The notes below the pieces were generated by a model, which had not been told where the DNA came from, did no database searches, and was given only the letters and a program-made list of their open reading frames with translations. A stretch of 64,000 nucleotides of DNA from Nitrososphaerales archaeon (GTDB lineage Archaea > Thermoproteota > Nitrososphaeria > Nitrososphaerales > UBA213), in contig JBHICH010000003.1 in NCBI GenBank assembly GCA_046759465.1, forward strand, positions 2,504-66,503, read 5' to 3'. Of this stretch, positions 44,404-54,526 are shown in pieces. Position 1 is the first letter of the stretch; each line of letters begins with the position of its first letter. Made by a program: the position numbers and the translations under genes.

Positions 44404-47400
44404 ATGGCGAAGAACGGCCTCGATATGTGGCCAATAACCTCCGATACTCTGCGCAGGGAAGGAGTTGCAAGGCAGCACCTTAATTCTTATAATGAATTCA
44501 TTGAACGCGGTTTTCAGAGTATAATTGATGAAGTCAGTGAAGTTGAGATAGAAACTGCTGAATATCCGTACAAGATCAAACTTGGAAAGTTAAAGTTGCA
44601 GCATCCAAGGATAATGGAACTCGATGGTTCTATAACACATGTAGCTCCAATGGAAGCTAGGCTACGCAATCTAACATATGGTTCACCTATAATGCTGGAG
44701 TGCAGTGTTGTGGAAGATGGCAAGATACTAGAATCAAAGTTCATACATATTGGCGATATGCCTATTATGGTAAAATCAAATGCATGTATTCTGCACAACA
44801 TGCCAGAAAATAGGTTGGTCGATAATGGTGAGGACCCAAGGGACCCTGGCGGCTACTTTGTAATTAATGGTTCAGAGCGTGTAATAGTTGGGCTTGAAGA
44901 TCTGTCTTACAACAAGATAATTGTTGATTATGAAGAGACCAGCAGCAATTGGGTCTACAAGGCAAAGGTTTATTCATCAATTGTCGGCTACAGGGCAAAG
45001 CTCGAACTTGTTATGAAGCAGGACGGTTCTATAACGGCAAAGATACCAGGTTCTCCAGTCGACATACCATTAGTAATACTCATGCGTGCACTGGGACTGG
45101 AGTCAGACAAGGAAATTGCAGATGCCGTATCGCTAAAACCAACGATTCAAGACGAATTGGAGCCGTCGTTTGAAAAGCCTAGCGAAGTGACAACAAGCAA
45201 GGAATCTGTGATCTATATAAGTAAAAGAATTGCTCCTGGTATGCTGGAAGAGTTTCAGATCAAGAGGGCAGAAACATTACTTGACTGGGGCTTGTTACCG
45301 CATTTGGGCAAGAGCCAAGAGAACAGGCAGGAAAAGGCTTTATTCCTAGGTGAAGCCGCCTGCAAGCTGGTCGAACTGAAATTGGGCTGGGTCGATCCAG
45401 ATAACAAGGATCACTATGGCAACAAGGTGATAAGATTTGCTGGGCAGATGCTTGCTGATCTGTTCAGAACCGCATTTAGAAACTTGAACAGAGATATGAA
45501 GTATCAGTTGGAGCGCTCTGGGCAGAAGCGTGGAATAAACGCGGTCGCCGCTGCTGTTAGGCCGGGTATTATAACTGACAAGTTGAACAATGCTATTGCA
45601 ACTGGAAACTGGGGCAGGGGCAGGGTTGGTGTTACCCAATTGCTTGATAGAACAAACTATCTATCAACAATAAGCCATCTAAGGAGAATTCAATCACCGC
45701 TTAGCAGAAGCCAGCCAAACTTCGAAGCAAGAGACCTGCATCCAACACATTTTGGCAGGATCTGTCCAAACGAAACCCCAGAAGGTTCCAACTGCGGGCT
45801 TGTAAAGAACCTAGCGTTATCTGCAGTGATTTCTGTTAGCGTTCCGACAGCGCAAGTAATCGAAAAGTTGTACGAGTTGGGAGTAATGCATGTTATGGAA
45901 GCTAAAGATCCATTGAAGGAAAATGGGGCTAGAGTCTTTGTTGATGGAAGACTCGTTGGTTATACTGAAGATGGAGATGAACTTGCAGAAACTCTAAGGT
46001 CGCTTAGAAGATCAGGGAAACTGCATCCACATATTAGTGTTTACTCCTATACGCCAAAGATTACCAGTGCAACGAGTAGGATATACATCAGCTGTAATGC
46101 GGGAAGGGTGCTGAGACCTCTCATAGTAGTCAAGGAGGGCAAACCATTGGTTAATGATGAAATCATAGAAAAGATCACAAAGAAGTTCCTGTCGTGGCAT
46201 GATCTTCTGTCTATGGGCATAATCGATCTCATCGATGCAAACGAAGAGGAGAACTGCTATGTTGCACTTGATTGTTCAGCTGTAACCAAGAAGCATACAC
46301 ATGTGGAGATATTTCCATCCGCAATACTTGGAGTTGCAGCTTCGATAATTCCTTACCCAGAGCACAATCAATCACCTAGAAATACGTATGAATCTGCAAT
46401 GGCAAAGCAGTCGCTGGGCTTTTCGACTCCAGTAATGAACTTCAGCACCTACGTCAGACAACACTTCATGCTCTACCCACAGGTGCCTGTTGTCAACACG
46501 AGAGCGATACTCTTACTTGATCTGGAGGAAAGACCGACTGGGCAGAACTGCATAGTAGCTGTTTTGCCATTCGAGGGTTACAATATCGAAGATGCAATAG
46601 TGATTAACAAATCATCTATTGATAGAGGTTTGGGAAGAACGTTCTTCTACAGAGTGTATGAAGCTGAAGCCAAGCAGTATCCTGGAGGAATGAAGGATAA
46701 CTTTGAGATTCCGGCAAGCGAGGCAAACATAAGGGGCTATCGTGGCGAAAAGGCTTACCGGTTGCTTGAAGCCGATGGCGCTATAATGTATGAATCCGTG
46801 GTAACAGGTGGCGATATACTGATCGGAAGAACAAGTCCTCCACGGTTTATGGAGGAGTATAAAGAATTTGAGGTCAAGGGCCCCTACAGAAGAGATACAA
46901 GCGTTGGTGTAAGGCCTTCAGAAGCTGGTGTTGTTGATACGGTTGTTATGACGCAGTCAGTGGAAGGAGGAAAGATGTTCAAGGTTAGGGTTAGAGATAT
47001 GCGCATTCCCGAAATTGGCGACAAGTTTGCATCACGGCACGGACAGAAGGGAGTGATTGGAATGCTTGTGAACCATGAGGATATGCCTTATACCGAAGAG
47101 GGCGTTGTTCCTGATGTTATCATAAATCCGCATGCATTCCCATCAAGAATGACTGTAGGTCAGTTCATGGAGTCGCTTACAGGAAAGGCTGCAGCGGTAA
47201 GAGGGCGGCTTGTTGATGGGTCTGCATTTGTCGGTGATAAATTGGACGATGTAAAGGGAGCCTTACAACAGTATGGTTTCAAGTATAGCGGGAAGGAAAC
47301 TATGTACGATGGAAGGACAGGTAGAAAGTTTCCTGCTGATATCTTCATTGGAGTAGTTTACTATCAGAAGCTGCATCACATGGTTGCTGACAAGATACAT

Positions 47401-47754
47401 TCAAGGGCGAGGGGACAGGTGCAGATGCTGACCAAGCAGCCAACAGAAGGAAGAGCTAGAGGTGGTGGTTTAAGGTTTGGAGAGATGGAACGTGACTGCT
47501 TGATTGCGTATGGCGCATCGATGATGCTAAAGGACAGATTGCTTGAGGAGTCCGACAAGGCAGAAATTTACATTTGCGAAAGATGCGGCTTGCTAGCATT
47601 CTATGATATAAAGCAGAGAAGGTACGTCTGCAAGGTCTGTGGTGACAAAGCAAAGGTCTCTTCAGTTATAATCGCGTATGCGTTCAAGCTACTACTGCAG
47701 GAGATGATGAGCCTCAATGTTGCTCCTAGGTTGCTTGTAAAGGATAAGGTGTAG
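44404..47754 (+). CDS. rpoB: DNA-directed RNA polymerase subunit B (unsplit)
   Basis: 1116 aa, with the GDKFASRHGQKGV motif and a C-terminal Zn ribbon CERCG...CKVCG. Confidence 0.97.
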   Translation: MAKNGLDMWPITSDTLRREGVARQHLNSYNEFIERGFQSIIDEVSEVEIETAEYPYKIKLGKLKLQHPRIMELDGSITHVAPMEARLRNLTYGSPIMLECSVVEDGKILESKFIHIGDMPIMVKSNACILHNMPENRLVDNGEDPRDPGGYFVINGSERVIVGLEDLSYNKIIVDYEETSSNWVYKAKVYSSIVGYRAKLELVMKQDGSITAKIPGSPVDIPLVILMRALGLESDKEIADAVSLKPTIQDELEPSFEKPSEVTTSKESVIYISKRIAPGMLEEFQIKRAETLLDWGLLPHLGKSQENRQEKALFLGEAACKLVELKLGWVDPDNKDHYGNKVIRFAGQMLADLFRTAFRNLNRDMKYQLERSGQKRGINAVAAAVRPGIITDKLNNAIATGNWGRGRVGVTQLLDRTNYLSTISHLRRIQSPLSRSQPNFEARDLHPTHFGRICPNETPEGSNCGLVKNLALSAVISVSVPTAQVIEKLYELGVMHVMEAKDPLKENGARVFVDGRLVGYTEDGDELAETLRSLRRSGKLHPHISVYSYTPKITSATSRIYISCNAGRVLRPLIVVKEGKPLVNDEIIEKITKKFLSWHDLLSMGIIDLIDANEEENCYVALDCSAVTKKHTHVEIFPSAILGVAASIIPYPEHNQSPRNTYESAMAKQSLGFSTPVMNFSTYVRQHFMLYPQVPVVNTRAILLLDLEERPTGQNCIVAVLPFEGYNIEDAIVINKSSIDRGLGRTFFYRVYEAEAKQYPGGMKDNFEIPASEANIRGYRGEKAYRLLEADGAIMYESVVTGGDILIGRTSPPRFMEEYKEFEVKGPYRRDTSVGVRPSEAGVVDTVVMTQSVEGGKMFKVRVRDMRIPEIGDKFASRHGQKGVIGMLVNHEDMPYTEEGVVPDVIINPHAFPSRMTVGQFMESLTGKAAAVRGRLVDGSAFVGDKLDDVKGALQQYGFKYSGKETMYDGRTGRKFPADIFIGVVYYQKLHHMVADKIHSRARGQVQMLTKQPTEGRARGGGLRFGEMERDCLIAYGASMMLKDRLLEESDKAEIYICERCGLLAFYDIKQRRYVCKVCGDKAKVSSVIIAYAFKLLLQEMMSLNVAPRLLVKDKV

Positions 47755-47757
47755 AAA

Positions 47758-50700
47758 ATGGTGGAAGAGTCCGTCAAGATAATAGGTGGTATAAAGTTCT
47801 CCGCCTGGTCCCCGAGCGAGGTTAGGAAGTATTCTGTAGCGGAGATAACCGCACCAGAGACCTATGATGAGGACGGGATGGCGGTTCAGGGTGGTTTAAT
47901 GGACAACCGTTTGGGCACTCTGGAACCCGGGCAAAAGTGTGCTACCTGCGGAAACACATCTGCAAAATGTCCAGGACACTTTGGACACATCGAACTTGCT
48001 GAGCCAGTTCTACACATTGCGTTTGTTGATCAAATACACAAAGTACTTTTGGTCACATGCAGGTCATGCAACAGAATCAATCTACCGCAAGAAGAACTTA
48101 GTACATACAGAGCAAAGCTAACCAACAAGCAAGCTTACGCAGTTATTGAAGTTGAAAATATCAGAGAAGAGATCATTGATAAAGGAAAGAAGATCAAGAC
48201 ATGTCCTCACTGCGGAAAGACACAGTACGACATTATATTTACAAAACCAACAATGTTCATAGAGAAGACAGATACTGGCGAAAACAGGTTGCTTCCAATT
48301 ACTATAAGGGAAAGACTTACACATATGCCTGATGATGATTTAATACTACTTGGATTCGATCCAAAGACTGCAAGACCGGAGTGGTTCATCTTGCAGGTTC
48401 TGCCAGTTCCTCCTGTTACAGTTAGACCATCAATAATCCTAGAGACTGGTATAAGATCCGAAGATGATCTTACGCACAAACTCGTCGATATCATCAGGGT
48501 TAATCAACGACTTAGGGAGAGCAAGGAAGCTGGAACACCACCACTGATCGTGCAAGATTTGGTTGATCTCTTGCAGTATCATGTTACAACTTACTTCGAT
48601 AATGAGGTCTCTGGAATTCCGCAGGCTCACCATAGATCAGGCAGACCACTTAAGACTTTAACACAGAGATTGAAGGGTAAGGAAGGAAGGTTCAGGGGCA
48701 GTTTATCTGGCAAGAGAGTTGACTTCTCCAGCAGAACTGTAATCTCTCCGGATCCCAACCTAGACATATCAGAAGTTGGGGTTCCAAGCGATGTTGCAAA
48801 AAAGTTAACCATACCGGAAAGGGTTTCTGAATGGAATATTCCTAGATTAAAGCAGTTGATATTGAATGGACCAAACAACTATCCTGGTGCGAATTACATC
48901 GTCAGGCCAGACGGCGTAAAGATAAGACTTGACTATGTTACGGAGAGACAGACAGTTGCCGATTCACTTGCGCCTGGATACTTGGTTGAACGACATCTAT
49001 CAGATGGTGATATTGTGATGTTCAACAGGCAACCATCATTGCATAGAATGTCTATAATGGCTCACTTTGTTAGGGTCTTACCCTACAGAACTTTTAGATT
49101 GCATCCTGCGGTTTGCCCACCATACAATGCGGACTTTGATGGTGATGAGATGAATCTTCATGTGCCACAAGGCGATGAAGCCAGAGCAGAGGCAATGCTG
49201 CTAATGCAGGTTCATGATCAACTCCTATCCCCAAGATACGGCGGTCCTATAATTGGAGGTATAAGGGACTTCATTACTGCGGCCTATCTGCTTACGAAGG
49301 ACGATACCTATATTACTAAAGAAGAGTTTGCCAACCTAGCACTGATTGGTGGCTACAACGGCCCACTGCCAAAACCAGAGAAGAGTATAGAGGGAGTGAA
49401 GTATTACTCTGGCAAGCAACTTTTTTCGCTTTTCTTTCCCAAGGACTTCAACTACATTATCACATCAAAGTGGCTGAAGAGCGCTAAGACGGGAGAGCGT
49501 AAGGACGTTATAATAAAGAATGGAAAACTTATGAGCGGTGTAATAGACAAGGCTTCAATAGGGGCAGAAGAACCCGACAGTGTTCTGCATAGGGTTGCGA
49601 AGGATTATGGAACGAGCGCTGCCCGAAAGTTCCTGAATTCAATTCTGATCGTGTTGAAGACATTCATAACGCAACATGGTTTTACCTATGGTTTTGACGA
49701 TCTTGTTTTGTCTGACACCGCAAGGAAGGAAACCAACGACATAATTCAAACTGCGTACGACAAAGTATATGATCTTATCAAGCAATATAAGGAAGGTAAA
49801 CTGGCATTGACAAGAGGTTTGTCCCCTGAAGAGGCTTTGGAACTTCAGATAGTTACCGAACTTGCAAGAGCAAGGGACCGCGCAGGAAGGGCAGCTGATA
49901 AGGCTTTTCCAGATGACAATTCTGGTGTGATAATGGCATCAACAGGTGCAAGAGGATCTACTCTTAATATTGGGCAAATGACTGCAGCATTGGGTCAACA
50001 GTCAATCAGGGGTAAAAGAATTGAGAACGGGTACCACAACAGAGCACTGTCGCATTATATGCCAAATGAAATCAATCCCGATGCAAAGGGTTTTATAAAA
50101 TCAAACTATAGAGACGGTCTTAATCCACTAGAATTCTTCTTCCACGCGATGGGTGGAAGGGAAGGTCTTGTTGATACCGCAGTTAGAACGCAGCAGAGCG
50201 GTTACATGCAGAGAAGGTTGATCAATGCACTTGAACACCTTAAGATCGAATATGATCAGACTGTCAGAGATCCAGGCGGCAATATAATACAGTTCCTTTA
50301 CGGTGAGGATGGTGTCGACCCTGCAAAGAGCGATCATGGTAGTGCAGTTAACATAGAAAGATTGACTGAATCTGAATCGGTTGTTGATGAAGGCAAGAAA
50401 GCAACTGATGCTGAAATCAACGCAATCATTAGCAAATATGCCAGAGTGGTCAATCCAAAGATATCTGAAAGCCTGCATACTGAGCTAAAGAAGAACAAGT
50501 TAAGCAAGAAGGGGGTTGAAAAGGTTTGTAAGCACACCGTTGAACTTGTTGACAGAGCCAGTGCAGAGCCAGGTGAGGCAATTGGCGTTGTCACTGCACA
50601 ATCGATTGGTGAACCTGGTACGCAGATGACACTAAGAACGTTTCACTTTGCTGGAGTAAAGGAGCGCAATGTTACGCTAGGTCTGCCAAGGTTGATTGAA

Positions 50701-51555
50701 CTGGTAGACGCAAGGAAGAAACCAGTTACCCCAACAATGGATATCTACCTTGATGTAAAGTCTAGTGCTTCAAAGGAGAAGACGTTAGAAATTGCTAGAG
50801 AGATTCTCTTCACAAAGATAAACGACCTTGTTGAAAGAGTAGAGACTGATTATAGCAGCATGCTGAAGTTCATTTTTAGCAAGGAAAAGATGGAAGAACG
50901 AGGGTGCGATATGGAGTTGATACGGAGTATGCTGAAGACCTCTAAGAAGAAGCTTGATTTAACTGTCAGGGGTACAACGTTGATTATAAAGAGTCCTAGC
51001 GCAACGGACGCACAAACCCTAATGATATTAAGAGGCAAGATACTCAATGCCAGAATCAAAGGTGTTCCGGACATAGAGCGAGTTACAGTTGTTAAGCAAG
51101 GAGAGGAATGGATGATACAGACAGCTGGTTCGAACATACAAAAAGTGCTTGCCGTTGAGGGAGTAGATCCAGGTAGAACCACGACAAACAATGTTTATGA
51201 GATTAACGTTGCACTTGGTATAGAAGCTGCAAGAACCGCATTGATAAAGGAGATCACAAACACTCTAGAAGAGCAAGGTCTAGAGGTTGACATGAGGCAC
51301 ATAATGCTTGTGGCAGATCTTATGACATCAAAAGGCTATTTGCAACAGATAGGAAGACACGGCATTGCTGGCACAAAGACCAGTGTTCTTGCACGGGCTG
51401 CGTTTGAAATTACGGTTCCGACCATTGCGCAGGCGGCACTTAAGGGAGAGGTGGAAGCTTTAAGAGGTGTTACTGAAAATGTTATCGTTGGTTCAACTAT
51501 TCCTGTTGGTACTGGGATAGTCAATCTATATATGAAGGTTGACGGAGAAAGTTGA
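47758..51555 (+). CDS. rpoA: DNA-directed RNA polymerase subunit A, with A' and A'' fused in one ORF
   Basis: The catalytic NADFDGDEMN motif (A' part) and the trigger-loop region AQSIGEPGTQMTLRTFHFAG (A'' part) lie in one uninterrupted 1265-aa frame. Confidence 0.97.
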   Translation: MVEESVKIIGGIKFSAWSPSEVRKYSVAEITAPETYDEDGMAVQGGLMDNRLGTLEPGQKCATCGNTSAKCPGHFGHIELAEPVLHIAFVDQIHKVLLVTCRSCNRINLPQEELSTYRAKLTNKQAYAVIEVENIREEIIDKGKKIKTCPHCGKTQYDIIFTKPTMFIEKTDTGENRLLPITIRERLTHMPDDDLILLGFDPKTARPEWFILQVLPVPPVTVRPSIILETGIRSEDDLTHKLVDIIRVNQRLRESKEAGTPPLIVQDLVDLLQYHVTTYFDNEVSGIPQAHHRSGRPLKTLTQRLKGKEGRFRGSLSGKRVDFSSRTVISPDPNLDISEVGVPSDVAKKLTIPERVSEWNIPRLKQLILNGPNNYPGANYIVRPDGVKIRLDYVTERQTVADSLAPGYLVERHLSDGDIVMFNRQPSLHRMSIMAHFVRVLPYRTFRLHPAVCPPYNADFDGDEMNLHVPQGDEARAEAMLLMQVHDQLLSPRYGGPIIGGIRDFITAAYLLTKDDTYITKEEFANLALIGGYNGPLPKPEKSIEGVKYYSGKQLFSLFFPKDFNYIITSKWLKSAKTGERKDVIIKNGKLMSGVIDKASIGAEEPDSVLHRVAKDYGTSAARKFLNSILIVLKTFITQHGFTYGFDDLVLSDTARKETNDIIQTAYDKVYDLIKQYKEGKLALTRGLSPEEALELQIVTELARARDRAGRAADKAFPDDNSGVIMASTGARGSTLNIGQMTAALGQQSIRGKRIENGYHNRALSHYMPNEINPDAKGFIKSNYRDGLNPLEFFFHAMGGREGLVDTAVRTQQSGYMQRRLINALEHLKIEYDQTVRDPGGNIIQFLYGEDGVDPAKSDHGSAVNIERLTESESVVDEGKKATDAEINAIISKYARVVNPKISESLHTELKKNKLSKKGVEKVCKHTVELVDRASAEPGEAIGVVTAQSIGEPGTQMTLRTFHFAGVKERNVTLGLPRLIELVDARKKPVTPTMDIYLDVKSSASKEKTLEIAREILFTKINDLVERVETDYSSMLKFIFSKEKMEERGCDMELIRSMLKTSKKKLDLTVRGTTLIIKSPSATDAQTLMILRGKILNARIKGVPDIERVTVVKQGEEWMIQTAGSNIQKVLAVEGVDPGRTTTNNVYEINVALGIEAARTALIKEITNTLEEQGLEVDMRHIMLVADLMTSKGYLQQIGRHGIAGTKTSVLARAAFEITVPTIAQAALKGEVEALRGVTENVIVGSTIPVGTGIVNLYMKVDGES

Positions 51556-51566
51556 CCTTAGTTAGA

Positions 51567-51604
51567 TTTTTAGAATTTTTACTACAAAGCAAAACATTCT
51601 TTTT
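51567..51604. terminator. Oligo-T tracts between the convergent rpoA and the surface-protein gene
   Basis: Three T5 runs lie within 40 nt. This is the archaeal intrinsic terminator style. Confidence 0.3.
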
Positions 51605-51637
51605 GGTACCCTACATTTTATGAGTTGTAATAGTTGG

Positions 51638-52855
51638 TCAAATCACACTAATTGTTGTCATCGCAGATTTTGTGTCCTGCTTTACAGTTACATCCCATGT
51701 TCCCTTATTCGCGTCTGCCTTCACTGCAAATATGGTTCTATAGTTACCGTCATCATCCGAGTTTACTACTAGCAAGAAGACATCTCCTGATGGTGGTTTA
51801 ACTAGTATTGTAACTTTGCTATTTGCTGCTGCTTTGCCTGTTATAATTACGAATTCACCCCTTTCATACTCAGGCTTATCTGTCGCTACCCTTAGTTCCA
51901 AAGGAGAATTAGCCACAGAAGTTACTACATCAAACCTGATGGTTGCTTGCTTATCTGTATAGGTAGCCTTGATGGTATAAGTTCCTAATCTATCATCAGA
52001 ATTGATGGTATATGAATACTTGAAATTGCCCGAAGAATCTGATATTACTGAAGTTCTTGCTATCTGAGTATCACGGTCATCGAATATATCCAAATCCACA
52101 ACCACATTGGGATCTATTCTACCGCTTATCGACACTCTATCTCCCCTCTCATACTGTGATCTGTCAACTGAGAGAGCCAAACCTTGAGCAGCTGGGATAC
52201 CCTCTATTATGCTAAACTCTCTTTGTACTAGATCTTGCTCCTGACTCATGTCAAGTTTGTACGTTCCAGATGACAGGCTTTTCGGAAGCTGTATTGTAAC
52301 TATGAAATTTCCAGCAGCGTCAGACATGGTCGATCCTTCACTAAGAACAAGTCTGTCTGCATCCATTAACGAAATCTTTACTGACGTATCCGGTAATCCA
52401 ACACCATGTACCGTCAAGGATTCTCCTGCTCTATATTCAAACTTATCAAGATCCGCTGTAAGTGTCTTTGCTGAAGCTGTGTTTGGGCTATCTTTGCTTA
52501 GTTCTGCCTGTAATTTCTGTATCTGATCTTCAAGATTGTTTATATCATTAGCCGAGTCTTTTAGCCTATCAAGCTTGGTATTTATCAGTTTGATATTTTT
52601 ATCGAGCTTTGCATTCATCATATCGATATCTTTCTTGAGACTTGTTATGTCGGTGCTATTGAATCCTTGTATTGTGCCTACATAGTTGATAGCTTCTATT
52701 TGGCTAGAAAGTTCATCTACCCTTTCATTTATTGTAGTAAGATCGCCATTCAGAGGAGCTTTAGATAATATCACAACTTGGCCTAATGTTATACCAATCG
52801 CGAATGAAGCAACTACAATTGTAACGATCCAATATCTAGAAACTACTATGGTCAT
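51638..52855 (-). CDS. Membrane-anchored coiled-coil protein with three tandem Ig-like repeats
   Basis: An N-terminal TM segment (WIVTIVVASFAIGITLG) is followed by a ~100-aa heptad-rich stalk. Then come three ~90-aa repeats of the form D[KR]xxYxxG[ED]xhxhxG...GNFxh...GTYxh. Confidence 0.6.
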   Translation of the reverse strand: MTIVVSRYWIVTIVVASFAIGITLGQVVILSKAPLNGDLTTINERVDELSSQIEAINYVGTIQGFNSTDITSLKKDIDMMNAKLDKNIKLINTKLDRLKDSANDINNLEDQIQKLQAELSKDSPNTASAKTLTADLDKFEYRAGESLTVHGVGLPDTSVKISLMDADRLVLSEGSTMSDAAGNFIVTIQLPKSLSSGTYKLDMSQEQDLVQREFSIIEGIPAAQGLALSVDRSQYERGDRVSISGRIDPNVVVDLDIFDDRDTQIARTSVISDSSGNFKYSYTINSDDRLGTYTIKATYTDKQATIRFDVVTSVANSPLELRVATDKPEYERGEFVIITGKAAANSKVTILVKPPSGDVFLLVVNSDDDGNYRTIFAVKADANKGTWDVTVKQDTKSAMTTISVI

Positions 52856-53117
52856 ATGAGCGCCTCCCATTCTCCAACAACAGATATTTACGACGATCGC
52901 CTATAGAAACAGGCTTTGTTCTGAATCTCATACCACAGCATGGACACCTAAGACTTTTAGTTCTCGTAAAGTAATCGCATGTTCTACATCGCTTGTAACC
53001 CATAACATAGAGTAGTTTACCGCCGCCACGCGATCTCTCCAATGGGAAATTAATCAGTTCACACAAGCCTTTGCATGTCATACTATCTCCTCCTTTCTTA
53101 TGTCCTCTTTGTCCCAC
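52836..53117 (-). CDS. Small zinc-ribbon protein
   Basis: CRTC-x11-CPCC plus an upstream CKGLC. The start is uncertain; Met13 at 53081 is an alternative. Confidence 0.4.
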   Translation of the reverse strand: MGQRGHKKGGDSMTCKGLCELINFPLERSRGGGKLLYVMGYKRCRTCDYFTRTKSLRCPCCGMRFRTKPVSIGDRRKYLLLENGRRSYDHSSF

Positions 53118-53282
53118 TCTCTATTCAACTCAAGGATTAACTTGCCATTTATGAAGACCATTGAAGTCCAAAATGGTATCATAACCAATAGGAAAAGATC
53201 CATCCCCATTTAGTATCCCTCCAACTTCTGCTTCATATGTCATCACTGTAAGATGGATTAAGATTCAAAAGCTCAGATTCGC

Positions 53283-53642
53283 TCAATTAATTATCACCCT
53301 CGCCCTAAGACTTTTAGCGATTTCACTATGCGCATGAATGCTTGTTACGTGGAGGATCATGTCATCTTCATGACTGAATCTGTGGTTATCACCATAAGGG
53401 CAGATGTACGTTTTTCCATTTCCGTTTCCATTTTTTATGATGCCATGAACGGCTAGAGGGATCTTGTTTGCCCTCTGCAGAGCCATCGCCACAACAGTTT
53501 CAATAACCAGTTTAAGTACCCCATATGCTATCTGCTTCCGCGCATCCATGAGATATATATACAAACATTGATGCCAAAAGGAATTCTGCGAAACGGAAGG
53601 AACGGATGTTTCAAATATGTTCCAAATGATCATAGATTCCAT
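53283..53642 (-). CDS. Hypothetical protein with a C/H-rich C-terminal segment
   Basis: A 119-aa ORF containing ICPYGDNHRFSHEDDMILHVTSIHAH. The call is weak. Confidence 0.35.
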   Translation of the reverse strand: MESMIIWNIFETSVPSVSQNSFWHQCLYIYLMDARKQIAYGVLKLVIETVVAMALQRANKIPLAVHGIIKNGNGNGKTYICPYGDNHRFSHEDDMILHVTSIHAHSEIAKSLRARVIIN

Positions 53643-53839
53643 AGCTCTAATTTTCTGGTAATTTTAGGTATGAATTGAAGTGATGTCTCCTTACTTTACG
53701 CTACTAGCTGTACAAATGTCACTATTTAACTCGAGGATGGTATAGTAAGCAAGTGAACTATTGGTAAGTAGGGAAGATCGATTAGATGGTTTATGAGACA
53801 TAATATAGGTTGCAAATGGGTAAGGCTAACAGATGCTTT

Positions 53840-54046
53840 CTACGATTCAGGCCAGTCAGAATTGCATCTAGGACAGTAACCTCTATAGCCGTTATAGGTA
53901 GGCTCCCATCTGATCATAATTGAACTCTTACAGTTAGTACATACCGATGTTGAGCTACCGCCTATCTTGCTTGCCATCTTTAACCATTCTTGCCTTTTGT
54001 TCTCCTTAAGCATTGCTACAGTAAATCCTATAACAGGTAAATTCAA
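53840..54046 (-). CDS. Small zinc-ribbon protein (68 aa)
   Basis: CTNC-x20-CPRC arrangement. Confidence 0.4.
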   Translation of the reverse strand: MNLPVIGFTVAMLKENKRQEWLKMASKIGGSSTSVCTNCKSSIMIRWEPTYNGYRGYCPRCNSDWPES

Positions 54047-54205
54047 TTCTAAGCCAATTTTTCCGAATTGCTTGATTTAGTTTGTAACACTTATATGGTA
54101 AACCTTGCCAGTTAGGATGACAGGGGATAAAACGTTGATCTTTATGCCCTTGAAATTGCTAGTAGGTCAACGAAAAAAGCAGTTTATACATGAAGGTAGA
54201 GCCAA

Positions 54206-54526
54206 ATGAACAAGATTCTTGAAAAAGTTATAAAGGATGCAATTTCTAGTGAAAAATGCAAGATCGGAAGCAAGGACGTATTAAATTCAGTAAATGGCTC
54301 AAAGCTGATTGTTTGCACGAGCTCCCTTTCAGGAAATGTAAAGAAAGAAATCGAAGACTCCGCAAGATCATCAAAGGTGCCAGTATACAATTTTAACGAT
54401 ACGTCGATGGCGCTGGGAAGACTTTGCAGCAAACCATTTAGGATCTCCGTAATTTCTATTGATGGTGCAAGTGATTCAGATATATCTGCCTTATTGGAAG
54501 AAATTGATAAGGAAGCAACAAATTAA
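54206..54526 (+). CDS. rpl30e: Ribosomal protein L30e
   Basis: Fits the L7Ae/L30e fold pattern (KIGSKDVLNSV...LIVCTSS...VPVYNF...LGRLCSKPFRISVISI), and its position upstream of nusA-S12-S7 is conserved. Confidence 0.85.
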   Translation: MNKILEKVIKDAISSEKCKIGSKDVLNSVNGSKLIVCTSSLSGNVKKEIEDSARSSKVPVYNFNDTSMALGRLCSKPFRISVISIDGASDSDISALLEEIDKEATN

